A DNA stretch of 64,000 nt from an uncultured Actinomycetota bacterium (GTDB taxonomy: Bacteria > Actinomycetota > UBA4738 > HRBIN12). This document shows, piece after piece, positions 29,234 to 39,797 of the stretch. The stretch lies in NCBI GenBank assembly GCA_963839395.1, contig CAWIUW010000015.1:333104-397103 (forward strand), read 5' to 3'. Position 1 is the stretch's first letter; every line of letters begins with the position of its first letter. The notes beneath the pieces were generated by a model. The model made no database searches. It had not been told where the DNA came from and worked only from the letters and a program-made list of their open reading frames with translations. Position numbers and translations under genes: made by a program.

Positions 29234-29968
29234 TCAGGTGGACACCGAACGGCTGGCGACGGGTTCTTCGAGGACGCGGCAGGGGATGTCCTCCTCGACG
29301 ATCTTGCCGTCGAGCGCATAGACCTTGAGCGCGCGACCTCCCGGCTCCGATGTGACCGCTTCGACGACCTCGCCCTGAGGCGTGAACCGGATGGCGACAC
29401 GGTTCCAGGAGGCGTAGCCCATCTCGAGAGAACCTTCCAGGAGCGCCGCGTGGAAGATCGGGCGACGCTGGTCCTCGGCGTCGTAGTGCGGGCAGTAGCT
29501 GCCCTTGATCATCCCGAGCCCCTCGTGGAGCAGCTGAAGGGTGGGGCCGTAGGAGTCGGTGGTGCCGCCCTCGAACCAACACAGCCCCCCCGCGCTGCCT
29601 CCGGTGAGCACGGCGCCACGGTCGAGCGCTTGGAACAGAAGCCGATCGACGCCCTGCCGTTTCCACACGTCGAGCATGTTCGCGGTGTTGCCACCGCCGA
29701 CGTGGATGACGTCCGCGCCGAGCACGATGTCGGTGAGATCGTCCTCGTTGCGGTGGAACAGCCTGAGGTGGCGGGGGCGACACCGTCCGGAGTGGAAGGC
29801 CTCGTAGAACGAGACGATGTAGCTCGCGTCGTCTCCCGTCGCGGTGGGCAGGAAGAGCACCACGGGATCGTCCTTGCCGGTGAGCTCCAGGACGTAGTCG
29901 TGGAGCGGGTCGTTGCGCCGGTCCATCACGGCCTTCCCCGCGCCCATCGGAACGATGTGTCCGGTCAT
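29234..29968 (-). CDS. peptidase S51 (dipeptidase E / cyanophycinase-like)
   Basis: LTGGSAGGLCWFEGGTTDS nucleophile region. 244 aa. Confidence 0.8.
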   Translation of the reverse strand: MTGHIVPMGAGKAVMDRRNDPLHDYVLELTGKDDPVVLFLPTATGDDASYIVSFYEAFHSGRCRPRHLRLFHRNEDDLTDIVLGADVIHVGGGNTANMLDVWKRQGVDRLLFQALDRGAVLTGGSAGGLCWFEGGTTDSYGPTLQLLHEGLGMIKGSYCPHYDAEDQRRPIFHAALLEGSLEMGYASWNRVAIRFTPQGEVVEAVTSEPGGRALKVYALDGKIVEEDIPCRVLEEPVASRSVST

Positions 29969-30031
29969 CGTGCCTGACCTCCTTCGGTCCAGTCCTGTTC
30001 CACACCGATCGGGTATCGACCGATCATCTCT

Positions 30032-30649
30032 TCACGAGTCGATCCCTTCATCTTGGTCCGACGGGTGCAGTGAGTCGGCGGATGCGCCCGCGAGCTCCGC
30101 CCAGCGATAGCAGCGTGTCACGTGGTCCAGCACCAGACCGCAGGCTTGCATGAACGCGTAGCACACGGTCGGTCCGACGAACTTGAACCCGCGACGCTTG
30201 AGGTCCTTCGACATCGCCTTCGACTCCGGCGTCTCGGCGGGGATCTCGCCCAGCCTCCGGAACCGGTTCACCTTCGGGATGCCGCCGACGAACGACCAGA
30301 GGTAGGAGTCCAGGGAACCGTCCTCTTCCTGGACCCGAAGCACGGCTCGCGCGTTGTTGAGCGTCGACTCGATCTTCATCCGGTTCCGAACGATCGAGGG
30401 GTCCGACAGCAGCCGATCCACCCTCCTCGAGTCGAATCGCGCGACCTTCCCGGGATCGAAGCCGGAGAACGCGCGCCGGTAGCCCTCGCGCTTGTTGAGG
30501 ATCGTGGACCACGATAGTCCCGCCTGCGCGCCCTCGAGGGTGAGCATCTCGAACAGGTGACCGTCGTCGTGCACGGGCACGCCCCACTCCTCGTCGTGGT
30601 ACGCGAGGTAGACGGGGCTGTCGACGGGCGCCCACTCGCAGCGGTTCAC
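30032..30649 (-). CDS. tag: DNA-3-methyladenine glycosylase I
   Basis: RCEWAPVDSPVYLAYHDEEWGVPVHDD..GLSWSTIL, canonical Tag. Confidence 0.85.
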   Translation of the reverse strand: MNRCEWAPVDSPVYLAYHDEEWGVPVHDDGHLFEMLTLEGAQAGLSWSTILNKREGYRRAFSGFDPGKVARFDSRRVDRLLSDPSIVRNRMKIESTLNNARAVLRVQEEDGSLDSYLWSFVGGIPKVNRFRRLGEIPAETPESKAMSKDLKRRGFKFVGPTVCYAFMQACGLVLDHVTRCYRWAELAGASADSLHPSDQDEGIDS

Positions 30650-31401
30650 AGGCCCGAGAGGCGCCGCACCGCTTCCTCGTGCACGATCGGGTTGGACGTG
30701 AGGATGCTGGAGCCATCCGAGGGTTCCTCGCCGTCGAACGTGGTGACCCGGCCACCCGCCTCCTCGACGATCACGGTGATGCAGGCCCAATCCCAGATCC
30801 GAAGCGCCGGCTCCATCATCAGGTCGGCCGCCCCGCGCGCGATGAGCATGTGCCCCCAGAAGTCCCCGAACCCGCGGCTCCGGCGCGTGTCTCGCAAGAG
30901 GTCGAGGAACGTCTGTTCCCGCGGGCCACCGAGCCAGTCGTCGACGCTCGAGAAGAGCAGGAACGCGTCGTCCAGCTTCCGCTCGCTCGCATGGAGCTCT
31001 CGACCGTTCCATCGCGCTCCGCCTCCTCGGACCGCCTCGTACCGCTCGGCCAGTGCCGGCGCGCTCGCCATCCCGAGCACCGACCTGCCCTCGACCTGCA
31101 GAGCGAGCAATGTGGCCCAGATCGGCACGCCATCAGCGAAGTTCCTCGTGCCGTCGATCGGGTCCACGATCCAGACCCTTTCCCCGGCTCCTTCTCCATG
31201 CTCCTCGCCGGTTACGGCGTCGGTGGGGAAGCGGTCGGCGATCATCTCGCGGATCGCCGTCTCGACCTCGAGGTCGGCCTGGGTCACGGGTGTCAGGTCG
31301 ACCTTCTGCTTCACCTCGAACTCGCCGAGGAAATACGACATCGAGATCTCCGCGGCGCGATCGGCGAGCTCGTGCGCGAAGGACAGCTCCTGTTCGAACA
31401 C
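30646..31401 (-). CDS. inositol monophosphatase family protein (possibly histidinol-phosphatase HisN-type)
   Basis: WIVDPIDGT motif. Confidence 0.8.
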   Translation of the reverse strand: MFEQELSFAHELADRAAEISMSYFLGEFEVKQKVDLTPVTQADLEVETAIREMIADRFPTDAVTGEEHGEGAGERVWIVDPIDGTRNFADGVPIWATLLALQVEGRSVLGMASAPALAERYEAVRGGGARWNGRELHASERKLDDAFLLFSSVDDWLGGPREQTFLDLLRDTRRSRGFGDFWGHMLIARGAADLMMEPALRIWDWACITVIVEEAGGRVTTFDGEEPSDGSSILTSNPIVHEEAVRRLSGL

Positions 31402-31485
31402 GGCCCGACGCTACCAGCCGGGACGGGGCCGACCAGGTGCGTGCGGGCCGACGAAGACCCCACGTCGAGTAGCCTGGGTGTTCCC

Positions 31486-32814
31486 ATGGAAACGACCGTC
31501 GAGAACACCGAGCCGCACACCGTGAAGCTCACGATCGAGGTGCCCGAAGAGGAGTTCGACAAGGATCTCGATCGCACGTACCGGACGATCGCGAACCAGA
31601 TCAAGATCCCCGGTTTCCGCAAGGGGAAGGTGCCGAAGCAGATCATCGACACCCAGATCGGGAAAGACGCGATCCTGGAGGAGTTCGTGACATCGTCGGT
31701 ACCGACCTATTTCCGGAAGGCCGTCGCCGAGGAAGACCTGGCGCCGATCACCGATCCCGACATCGACGTGCAGCAGCTCGAGCCGGGGAAGCCGTTCGTC
31801 TTCTCCGCCACGGTCGAGGTTCGTCCCCGGCTGTCCTTCGAGGAATCGGATTACACCGGCGTCAGCGTCACGAAGCCGTCGGTCGATGTGTCGGATGAGG
31901 AGATCGACGATTGGCTCGAGCGACTGCGGGAGCGTTTCGCGGAGCTGGAACCCGTCGGTCGGCCCGTGCAGCAGGGCGACTTCGTGACCGTGGACCTCAC
32001 CGTGACCAAAGCCGGCGAGAAGGTCGAGCAAGCGTCCCGGGAGGACTACCTGTATCTCGTCGGTTCGGGCGAGGTGGGGGAGAAGCTCGACGTGGAGCTC
32101 GTCGGTGCCAAGCCCGGGGCGATCCTGAAGGTCTCAGACGCCCTCCCCGAGCGCTTCGGCGAGGAGCTCGGCGGTGCGGCGGTCGACATCACCGTGCTGG
32201 TCAAGGACGTGAAGGCCCGCAAGCTGCCCGAGGTCGACGACGAGCTCGCCAAGACGGCGTCGGAGTTCGACACCATCCAGCAGCTCCGCGACGATCTCCG
32301 TGAGCGGCTCACGCAGGTCAAGGAACGCGAGGCCGACGCGGCCCTCCGCGACCTGGTGCTCCAGGCGATGATCGACAAGGTCGACGTGGATCTCCCCGAA
32401 AGCCTGGTGAACGAAGAGACGGACCACCGGATCCATCACGCGCGGGAACAGGCCGAGCGCATGGGCGTGGGTCTGGAGAAGATGTTGGAGCTCCAGGGTT
32501 GGGATGAGGCGCGTCTGCGCGAGGATTCGCGCGAGCACGCGATCCGCGCGATCAAGAGCGACCTGGTCCTCGAAGGTATCGCCCGCAACGCTTCCCTGGA
32601 GGTCACGGCCGAGGAGATCGGCGCCGAGATCGCCGTCCTGGCACAGGCATACGAGCGGGAGCCGAAGGCGGTCGCGAAGGATCTCGAGCGCAGCGGTCAG
32701 GTCGTAACCCTGGCCGGGGATATCATCAGGACCAAGGCCCTCGACCTCCTGGTCGAACGTGCCGATGTCGATACGGAACAGCCAGAAGGAGCGCCAGAGG
32801 AGGCGAACCCATGA
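31486..32814 (+). CDS. tig: trigger factor
   Basis: N-terminal ribosome-binding domain GFRKGKVP signature. Precedes clpP-clpX. Confidence 0.9.
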   Translation: METTVENTEPHTVKLTIEVPEEEFDKDLDRTYRTIANQIKIPGFRKGKVPKQIIDTQIGKDAILEEFVTSSVPTYFRKAVAEEDLAPITDPDIDVQQLEPGKPFVFSATVEVRPRLSFEESDYTGVSVTKPSVDVSDEEIDDWLERLRERFAELEPVGRPVQQGDFVTVDLTVTKAGEKVEQASREDYLYLVGSGEVGEKLDVELVGAKPGAILKVSDALPERFGEELGGAAVDITVLVKDVKARKLPEVDDELAKTASEFDTIQQLRDDLRERLTQVKEREADAALRDLVLQAMIDKVDVDLPESLVNEETDHRIHHAREQAERMGVGLEKMLELQGWDEARLREDSREHAIRAIKSDLVLEGIARNASLEVTAEEIGAEIAVLAQAYEREPKAVAKDLERSGQVVTLAGDIIRTKALDLLVERADVDTEQPEGAPEEANP

Positions 32815-33455
32815 TGGACGATCCCCAGAGCTATCTCGTGCCGGTCGTGGTCGAACAGACCAGCCGCGGCGAGCGTTCGTTCGATATCTACTCGCGCCTG
32901 CTGAAGGAACGGATCATCTTCCTGGGCACGCCGATCGACGATGCGGTCGCGAACCTCGTGATGGCGCAGATGCTGCACCTCGAGTCCGAGGATCCCGACA
33001 AGGACATCAACCTCTACATCAACTCACCGGGCGGCGACGTCGCTTCGGGGTTCGCGGTCTACGACACGATGCAGTACATCAAGCCGGACGTGACGACGAT
33101 CTGCATGGGTCAAGCCGCGTCGTTCGCAGCGTTCCTCTTGCTCGCAGGCGCGAAGGGCAAGCGCTTCATGCTCCCGCACGCGCGGGTCCTCCTGCACCAG
33201 CCACACGGAGGTACGCAGGGCCAGGCGGTGGACATCGAGATCCAGGCTCGCGAGATCCTGCGGTACCGCCAGCTGCTCGACGAGCTGATCGCGATGCACA
33301 CGGGGCAGGACGTCGAGAAGATCACGAAGGACACGGACCGTGACTTCATCCTCACGCCGGACCAGGCGAAGGACTACGGGATCATCGACGAGGTGCTCAG
33401 CAGCCGTCGTCAAATGCCCGCGGAGTTGACAGCGGCCGCCGCCGCGGGGGCGTAA
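32811..33455 (+). CDS. clpP: ATP-dependent Clp protease proteolytic subunit
   Basis: [11 protein letters not shown] (Ser), LLHQPHGG (His). Confidence 0.95.
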   Translation: MMDDPQSYLVPVVVEQTSRGERSFDIYSRLLKERIIFLGTPIDDAVANLVMAQMLHLESEDPDKDINLYINSPGGDVASGFAVYDTMQYIKPDVTTICMGQAASFAAFLLLAGAKGKRFMLPHARVLLHQPHGGTQGQAVDIEIQAREILRYRQLLDELIAMHTGQDVEKITKDTDRDFILTPDQAKDYGIIDEVLSSRRQMPAELTAAAAAGA

Positions 33456-33585
33456 TATCTGAACCACGACCGGGCGATGCCCGGTCGTGGCGTTTGTAGG
33501 GAACAGCAGGAGTGGGCCCACCAGGGACGGGCTCACCAAAGGGACAGACCCACCGAGAGCGAAGAGAGAGGAAGGGCTCGGGCGG

Positions 33586-34869
33586 ATGGCGAAGTTCGGC
33601 GAGTCGGATCTGCTGAAGTGCTCCTTCTGCGGGAAGAGCCAGAAGCAGGTCAAGAAGCTGATCGCGGGTCCGGGCGTCTACATCTGTGACGAGTGCATCG
33701 ACCTCTGCAACGAGATCATCGAGGAGGAGCTCTCCGACACCGCCGAGCTGAAGCTCGACGAGCTCCCGAAGCCGGCCGAGATCTACGCGTTCCTCGACGA
33801 GTACGTCGTCGGACAGGACCAGGCCAAGAAGGTCATGTCCGTCGCCGTCTACAACCACTACAAGCGGATCCAGGTGGGGGCGAAGGATCAGGAGGTCGAG
33901 CTCCAGAAGTCGAACATCCTGATCCTCGGCCCGACGGGCTGTGGCAAGACCTACCTGGCCCAGACCCTGGCGCGGATGCTGAACGTCCCGTTCGCCATCG
34001 CCGACGCCACGGCCCTCACGGAGGCCGGCTACGTGGGCGAGGACGTCGAGAACATCCTGCTGAAGCTGATCCAGGCGGCCGACTACGACGTGAAGAAGGC
34101 CGAGACCGGGATCATCTACATCGACGAGATCGACAAGATCGCGCGGAAATCGGAGAACCCTTCGATCACGCGGGACGTGTCAGGTGAGGGCGTGCAGCAG
34201 GCGCTGCTGAAGATCCTCGAGGGGACGACGGCGTCCGTGCCGCCGCAGGGTGGCCGCAAGCACCCGCATCAGGAGTTCATCCAGATCGACACGACCAACG
34301 TGCTCTTCATCTGCGGTGGGGCGTTCGCCGGCCTGGACACGATCATCGAGAGCCGCATCGGTCGCAAGGGCGTGGGATTCGGTGCCGAGGTCATGAGCCA
34401 CCAGGACAAGGACCTCGGTGCGATCTTCGCTCAGGTGCTGCCGGAAGACCTGTTGAAGTACGGGCTGATCCCGGAGTTCGTCGGCCGGCTCCCGGTCCTC
34501 ACCAGCGTCAACAGCCTGGACGAATCGGCTCTCGTCGACATCCTCACCCAGCCGAAGAACGCGCTCGTGAAGCAGTACATGAAGTTCTTCGAGTTCGACG
34601 GGGTGGAGCTCGAGTTCACCGACGACGCGATGAAGGCGATCTCCGAGCAGGCGATCAAGCGGGGGACCGGCGCCCGAGGTCTGCGGGCGATCATGGAGGA
34701 GGTCCTGCTCAACGTGATGTACGAGCTCCCATCGCGTCAGGACGTCACGAAGTGCCTGGTCGACCGCGACGTGGTGTTGACCGGGGTGAACCCCACACTC
34801 GTGCCGCGAGCGAAGCAGGCGTCGAAGAAGCGCAGCGGCGGCGGCGAGCGCCAGGAGAAGACCGCCTAG
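33586..34869 (+). CDS. clpX: ATP-dependent Clp protease ATP-binding subunit ClpX
   Basis: CSFCGKS..CDEC zinc finger. Walker A GPTGCGKT. Confidence 0.95.
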   Translation: MAKFGESDLLKCSFCGKSQKQVKKLIAGPGVYICDECIDLCNEIIEEELSDTAELKLDELPKPAEIYAFLDEYVVGQDQAKKVMSVAVYNHYKRIQVGAKDQEVELQKSNILILGPTGCGKTYLAQTLARMLNVPFAIADATALTEAGYVGEDVENILLKLIQAADYDVKKAETGIIYIDEIDKIARKSENPSITRDVSGEGVQQALLKILEGTTASVPPQGGRKHPHQEFIQIDTTNVLFICGGAFAGLDTIIESRIGRKGVGFGAEVMSHQDKDLGAIFAQVLPEDLLKYGLIPEFVGRLPVLTSVNSLDESALVDILTQPKNALVKQYMKFFEFDGVELEFTDDAMKAISEQAIKRGTGARGLRAIMEEVLLNVMYELPSRQDVTKCLVDRDVVLTGVNPTLVPRAKQASKKRSGGGERQEKTA

Positions 34870-34876
34870 CGCGGAC

Positions 34877-35296
34877 TCACTGCACCGGGTCGTGCTCGAC
34901 CCGACGGAGGCGCCCGCAGAGCTCCACGAGCAACGCTCGGCTGATCGACGGATATTCGTCCAGGAGTGGCAGGAACTGCCAGGACGTGAGTGCGAAGGTC
35001 GTGGTCGGCTCCTCCGCTTTCACGGTCGCGGACCTGGGTCGTCCGTCCAGCAGGGACATCTCGCCGAAGTAGGTGCCGGGCCCGAGCCGAGCGCGTTCAT
35101 GACCGTCGACGACCACCGAGACCTGGCCGTCCATGACGAGGTGGAATCCGGCCGCGCCGCCGTCCTGCTCGGCGACCACCTTCCCGGAGTCGAAGTGGAC
35201 CTCCTTGCCAACGGCGACGATCCGCTGGAGCTCCTTCTCGTCGAGACCGCGGAAGATGGCCACGGTGCGCAGCTTGTCGATCACGTCCTCGGCCAT
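34877..35296 (-). CDS. stand-alone cyclic-nucleotide-binding (cNMP/Crp-like) domain protein, no HTH
   Basis: FRGLDEKELQRI..GTYFGEMSLLDGRPRSATVKA. AGGAGGGG RBS. Confidence 0.75.
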   Translation of the reverse strand: MAEDVIDKLRTVAIFRGLDEKELQRIVAVGKEVHFDSGKVVAEQDGGAAGFHLVMDGQVSVVVDGHERARLGPGTYFGEMSLLDGRPRSATVKAEEPTTTFALTSWQFLPLLDEYPSISRALLVELCGRLRRVEHDPVQ

Positions 35297-35432
35297 GGCT
35301 TCCCCTCCTAGACGTGCTTGGCGAACGGTCGCCGGAGTATAGACATGCGATTCCGCTCGAGGGACCGCGCCGCTCGGTGCGGCCTGCATCCGCTCCCCGA
35401 GCGCCGGAAGTCGGGTCGATACACTCGAACGC

Positions 35433-38094
35433 ATGACCGCGTCCGACACGGAGATGGCCTCCCGCTACGACGCCGCCGCGGTCGAACCCCGGTGGGCGGA
35501 GACGTGGATCGAGCGCGGGTACTTCCACGCGCAGGTCCCCGAGGACCCTGCCGACGCGTACTGCATCGTCATCCCGCCTCCGAACGTGACCGGACGTCTC
35601 CACGTCGGTCACGCGCTGGGGCGCACGCTCGAGGATGTGTTGATCCGCCGAGCGCGGATGCGAGGGCTGCAGTCGCTCTGGGTCCCCGGGATGGATCACG
35701 CAGGCATCGCCACGCAGGTGGTGGTCGAACGCGAGCTTCGGAAAGAGGGGATCGAGCGGCGCGATCTCGGCCGTGAGGCGTTCGTCGAGCGGGTGTGGGC
35801 GTGGAAGGAACGGTACGGGGGCGAGATCATCGGCCAGCTCAAGCGGATGGGCGCGTCGCTCGACTGGGATCGCGAGCGGTTCACGATGGACGAGGGGCTC
35901 GTGCGGGCGGTCCGGGTCGCCTTCGTCCGATGGTACGAGCAAGGACTGATCTACCGCGGCGAGCGACTCGTCAACTGGTGTCCCACCGATCAGACCGGAC
36001 TGTCGGACTCCGAGATCGAGCACGAGGAGGTCGACGGAGAGCTCCTGACGTTCCGATATCCACTCTCGGACGGCACCGGCTACGTCGAGGTCGCGACGAC
36101 GCGGGTCGAGACGATGCTGGGCGACACCGGGATCGCGGTGCATCCCGACGACGCGCGGTATCGAGACCTCGTCGGGAAGACGGTGCGGCATCCGTTCGAC
36201 GGACGCGACCTGCCGATCGTCGCCGACGGTGCGGTCGATCCGGCCTTCGGCACCGGCGCCGTGAAGGTCACCCCCGCGCACGACCCCACCGACTTCGAGA
36301 TCGCGCAGCGCGCCGGGCTCCCGCTGCTGAACATCCTCGACGCGGAGGCGCGCATCAACGAGAACGCGGCCGAGGAGTTCTACGGGCTCGGTCGGTACGA
36401 CGCGCGGCAGGCGGTGCACGAGGAGCTCGAGAAGCTGGATCTCCTCGTGGCGGTGGAGCACCCCTACCGCCACTCGGTCGGCCATTGCTACCGATGCCAC
36501 AGCGAGATCGAGCCGTGGATGTCGGGACTCCAGTGGTTCGTCGCGGTGGACGGGCTGAAGGGCCCGGCGACCGAGGCGGCCGTGGACGGGCGGATCACCT
36601 TCTGGCCCGAGCGCTGGCGGAAGGCCTACGTGAGCTGGCTGGACGGTCTGCGCGACTGGAACATCTCGCGACAGCTCTGGTGGGGACACCGGATCCCCGC
36701 GTGGTACTGCCCGGACGGACATGTCACGGTGGCGCTCGAGGACCCGGACGCGTGTGCCACCTGCGGCGTCGCCGAGATCGAGCAGGACCCCGACGTCCTC
36801 GACACGTGGTTCTCTTCGCAGCTCTGGCCGTTCTCGACGCTCGGCTGGCCCGACGAGACGACGGAGCTCGAGGTCTTCTATCCGAACGCGGTGCTCGTGA
36901 CCGGCTACGAGATCCTCTACCTGTGGGTCGCGCGGATGATCATGTCGGGGATGTCGCTCGCCGGCGACATCCCGTTCCGCGACGTGGTGATCCACGGGCT
37001 GGTTCGTGACGCGCACGGGCGGAAGATGTCCAAGTCGCTGGGCAACGTGATCGACCCCGTCGAGATCCTCGATCTCTACGGGGCCGACGCCCTTCGGTTC
37101 TCGCTGGCGCGGCTCGCGACCGGCGGGCAGCAGGACATCCCGCTCTCGGTGGACTCGATCCAAGGCGGCCGCAACTTCGCGAACAAGATCTGGAACGCGG
37201 CGCGGCTCGTCCTCGAGGCGTTCCCGCGCGGTCGACCCGCAGCTGCCGCCGGAGGAACGGTTGACGGCGCCGCAGCGATGGCTCCTCGCGCGGCATCAGC
37301 GCTGCGTGGCCGAGGTGAACGCGTCGCTCGATCGATACGACTTCGCGGCGGCCGCGCAGGCCACGTATCGGTTCTTCTGGTCGGAGTACTGCGACTGGGG
37401 TCTCGAGATGGAGAAGGAGCGGCTCCGGTCGGAGGATGCGGTCGTCGCCGAGGATGCCGCGAACGTCCTCGCCTGGATCCTCGAGCGGACGCTGCGCCTC
37501 CTGCATCCGGTGATGCCGTTCGTGACCGAGGAGATCTGGCAGCGGTTCGGGATCGGCGAGACGATCGTCCGTGCGGCGTGGCCCGAAGCGGAGGAGCACG
37601 CCGGGCACGAAACCCTCGGGTCCGACCCGGAAGCGGCCTGGCCGTTCGTCGAAGAGCTGGTGACGACGGTCCGCCGATTCCGGAGCGAGCACGGGATCCC
37701 CTCCAAGACCCGGGTCGAGCTCCGGCTCGTCGGACGGGAGAGTGGGGCCGTTCGGTTCGCAGGCTTCGAGAGCGAGGTCAAGCGTCTGGCGGGCGTGTCC
37801 GAGATCTCGGTCGTCGGCGCGGGCGAGACGACAGGGGCGGCCCGACTGCTGGTGCAAGGGGAGACCGTGCTCGTGCCCGTCGGTGACCTGATCGACCTCG
37901 ACGCGGAGCGGGAGCGGCTCCGGAAGCGTCTCGAGGAAGCCGACTCGGGACGGGGACGGGCGGAGGCCAAGCTCGCCAACCCCGGCTTCCGCGACAAGGC
38001 GCCGGAGGACGTGGTGCTCGGTGAGAAGTTGAAGGTCGAGCGTTTCGAGCGCGAGGCGGAGTCGCTCCGCGAACAGCTTGCCGAGCTCGGGTGA
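35433..38094 (+). CDS. valS: valyl-tRNA synthetase; reading frame interrupted by an apparent single-base insertion near 37225-37235 (likely a sequencing artefact)
   Basis: HIGH ([11 protein letters not shown]) and KMSKS motifs. The C-terminal anticodon-binding and coiled-coil part continues in frame +1 from 37261. Confidence 0.85.
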
Positions 38095-39380
38095 TGCGGT
38101 TCGAGGAAGCCGTCGCGCGGCTGGACCGGCGTCAGCCCGAGCACATGCCCGAGCCGAGCCTCGACAGGATCCGCGCGGTCTCGGGGCTGCTCGACGATCC
38201 GCAGCTCACCTATCCGACGATCCACGTCACCGGGACGAACGGGAAGACGACGATCGCACGAGCGGCGGCGGACATCGCCTGTGCGCACGGCGTGAAGGCC
38301 GGCCTCTTCACGTCCCCGCACCTTCGCACGGTGCGCGAGCGCTTGTCCGTGTGCGGCGTCGAGATCTCGGAGGTGGACTTCGCGGAGGAATGGGAGCACC
38401 TGGAGCCGTTCCTCGAGGTCGTCGACGGCCAAGAGCATGGGGAATCGACCTACTTCGAGGCCATCACCGCGCTCGCCTTCCTGTGGTTCGCTGACAAGCC
38501 CGTGGGCCTCGCCGTCGTCGAGGTGGGGATGGGCGGGGCCTGGGACGCGACGAACCTCGTCGCGGGTGACGTCGCCGTGATCGGCGAGATCGGCCTCGAC
38601 CATCCGGAACTGGGCTCGACGGTGCACGAGGTGGCGACGGAGAAAGCGGGGATCATCAAGGCCGGCAGGACGGTCGTCGTGCGGGAGCAACCCGACGATG
38701 CCCTCAAGGTGATCGAGGCTCGGGCGAGCGAGGTGGGCGCCACGGTCCTGCTGGAAGAGCGCGACTGGGAGGTGGAGGTTCGCCTGCCCGCCGTGGGCGG
38801 GCAGCAGTTCCGCGTTCGAGGCGTGGACGAGACCTACGACGACCTCTTCCTGCCGATGTTCGGTGAGCACGCCGTCCGGAACGTCGCCGCGGCGATCGTC
38901 GCCGTCGAGTCCGTATTGGGGCACGCGCTCGACCCGGACGTCACCAGGCCCGCGATCGATGCGCTCCGGATCCCCGGACGCCTCGAGGTGATCACGCGCG
39001 CGCCGCTGATCGTGCTGGACGGGGCTCACAATCCGGCGGGCGCCGAGGCGCTCGGGCGCACGCTCGCCGAGGCGTTCACCTGGTCGCGTATGCACGTCGT
39101 CCTCGCCGTGTCATCGAACAAGGACATCGACGGCGTGATCGCAGCGCTCGCGCCGATCGCCGACCTCTGGTACCCGGCGCGGAACGAGAGCGCCCGCAGC
39201 TTCCCGCCGGAGCATGTCGCCGAGCGCGTCGCCGCCGCCGACGGCCGCGTCGCGGATCTCGGGACGGTGGAGGAGGCGCTGGCGGCGGCCCGCGACGCGG
39301 CCGCCCCGGACGACCTCATCCTCGTCACGGGCTCTCTATACACTGTGGCCGACGCCCGACGGGCGCTGGGAGGATCCTGA
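38091..39380 (+). CDS. folC: bifunctional folylpolyglutamate synthase/dihydrofolate synthase
   Basis: HVTGTNGKTT P-loop. Overlaps the valS stop. Confidence 0.9.
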   Translation: MMRFEEAVARLDRRQPEHMPEPSLDRIRAVSGLLDDPQLTYPTIHVTGTNGKTTIARAAADIACAHGVKAGLFTSPHLRTVRERLSVCGVEISEVDFAEEWEHLEPFLEVVDGQEHGESTYFEAITALAFLWFADKPVGLAVVEVGMGGAWDATNLVAGDVAVIGEIGLDHPELGSTVHEVATEKAGIIKAGRTVVVREQPDDALKVIEARASEVGATVLLEERDWEVEVRLPAVGGQQFRVRGVDETYDDLFLPMFGEHAVRNVAAAIVAVESVLGHALDPDVTRPAIDALRIPGRLEVITRAPLIVLDGAHNPAGAEALGRTLAEAFTWSRMHVVLAVSSNKDIDGVIAALAPIADLWYPARNESARSFPPEHVAERVAAADGRVADLGTVEEALAAARDAAAPDDLILVTGSLYTVADARRALGGS

Positions 39381-39384
39381 GCAG

Positions 39385-39792
39385 GTGGCTACGGAATCGA
39401 CGCTGCTCATCGTCAAGCCGGACGGCGTTCGCCGTCGGCTGATCGGCGAGGTCCTTCGCCGTGTGGAGGAAGCGGGTCTCACGATCGAGGGCCTCCGGAT
39501 GGAGACGATCGATCTGGGGACGGCCGAGGAGCACTACGGCGAGCATCGCGACAAGCCGTTCTTCGGCGAGCTCGTCGCCTTCATCACCGGCGGACCGGTC
39601 GTGGTGGCGAAGGTTACGGGCGACAACGCCATCGCCGCCTGGCGAGACCTGATGGGCCCCACGGACCCCGCGGACGCGCCACCCGGCACGATCCGCGGTG
39701 ACTTCGCGGAGATCATCAGCGAGAACGTCGTGCACGGCAGCGACTCTCCGGAGTCGGCCGCCCGAGAGCTGAAGCTCTTCTTCGCCGAGTAG
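39385..39792 (+). CDS. ndk: nucleoside diphosphate kinase
   Basis: TLLIVKPDGV..NVVHGSDS active-site His region. Confidence 0.9.
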   Translation: MATESTLLIVKPDGVRRRLIGEVLRRVEEAGLTIEGLRMETIDLGTAEEHYGEHRDKPFFGELVAFITGGPVVVAKVTGDNAIAAWRDLMGPTDPADAPPGTIRGDFAEIISENVVHGSDSPESAARELKLFFAE

Positions 39793-39797
39793 GCGCG

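Noticed and set aside
35097-37163. 688-aa minus-strand ORF
   Set aside because: Antisense to valS. No motifs, R/P/G-rich.
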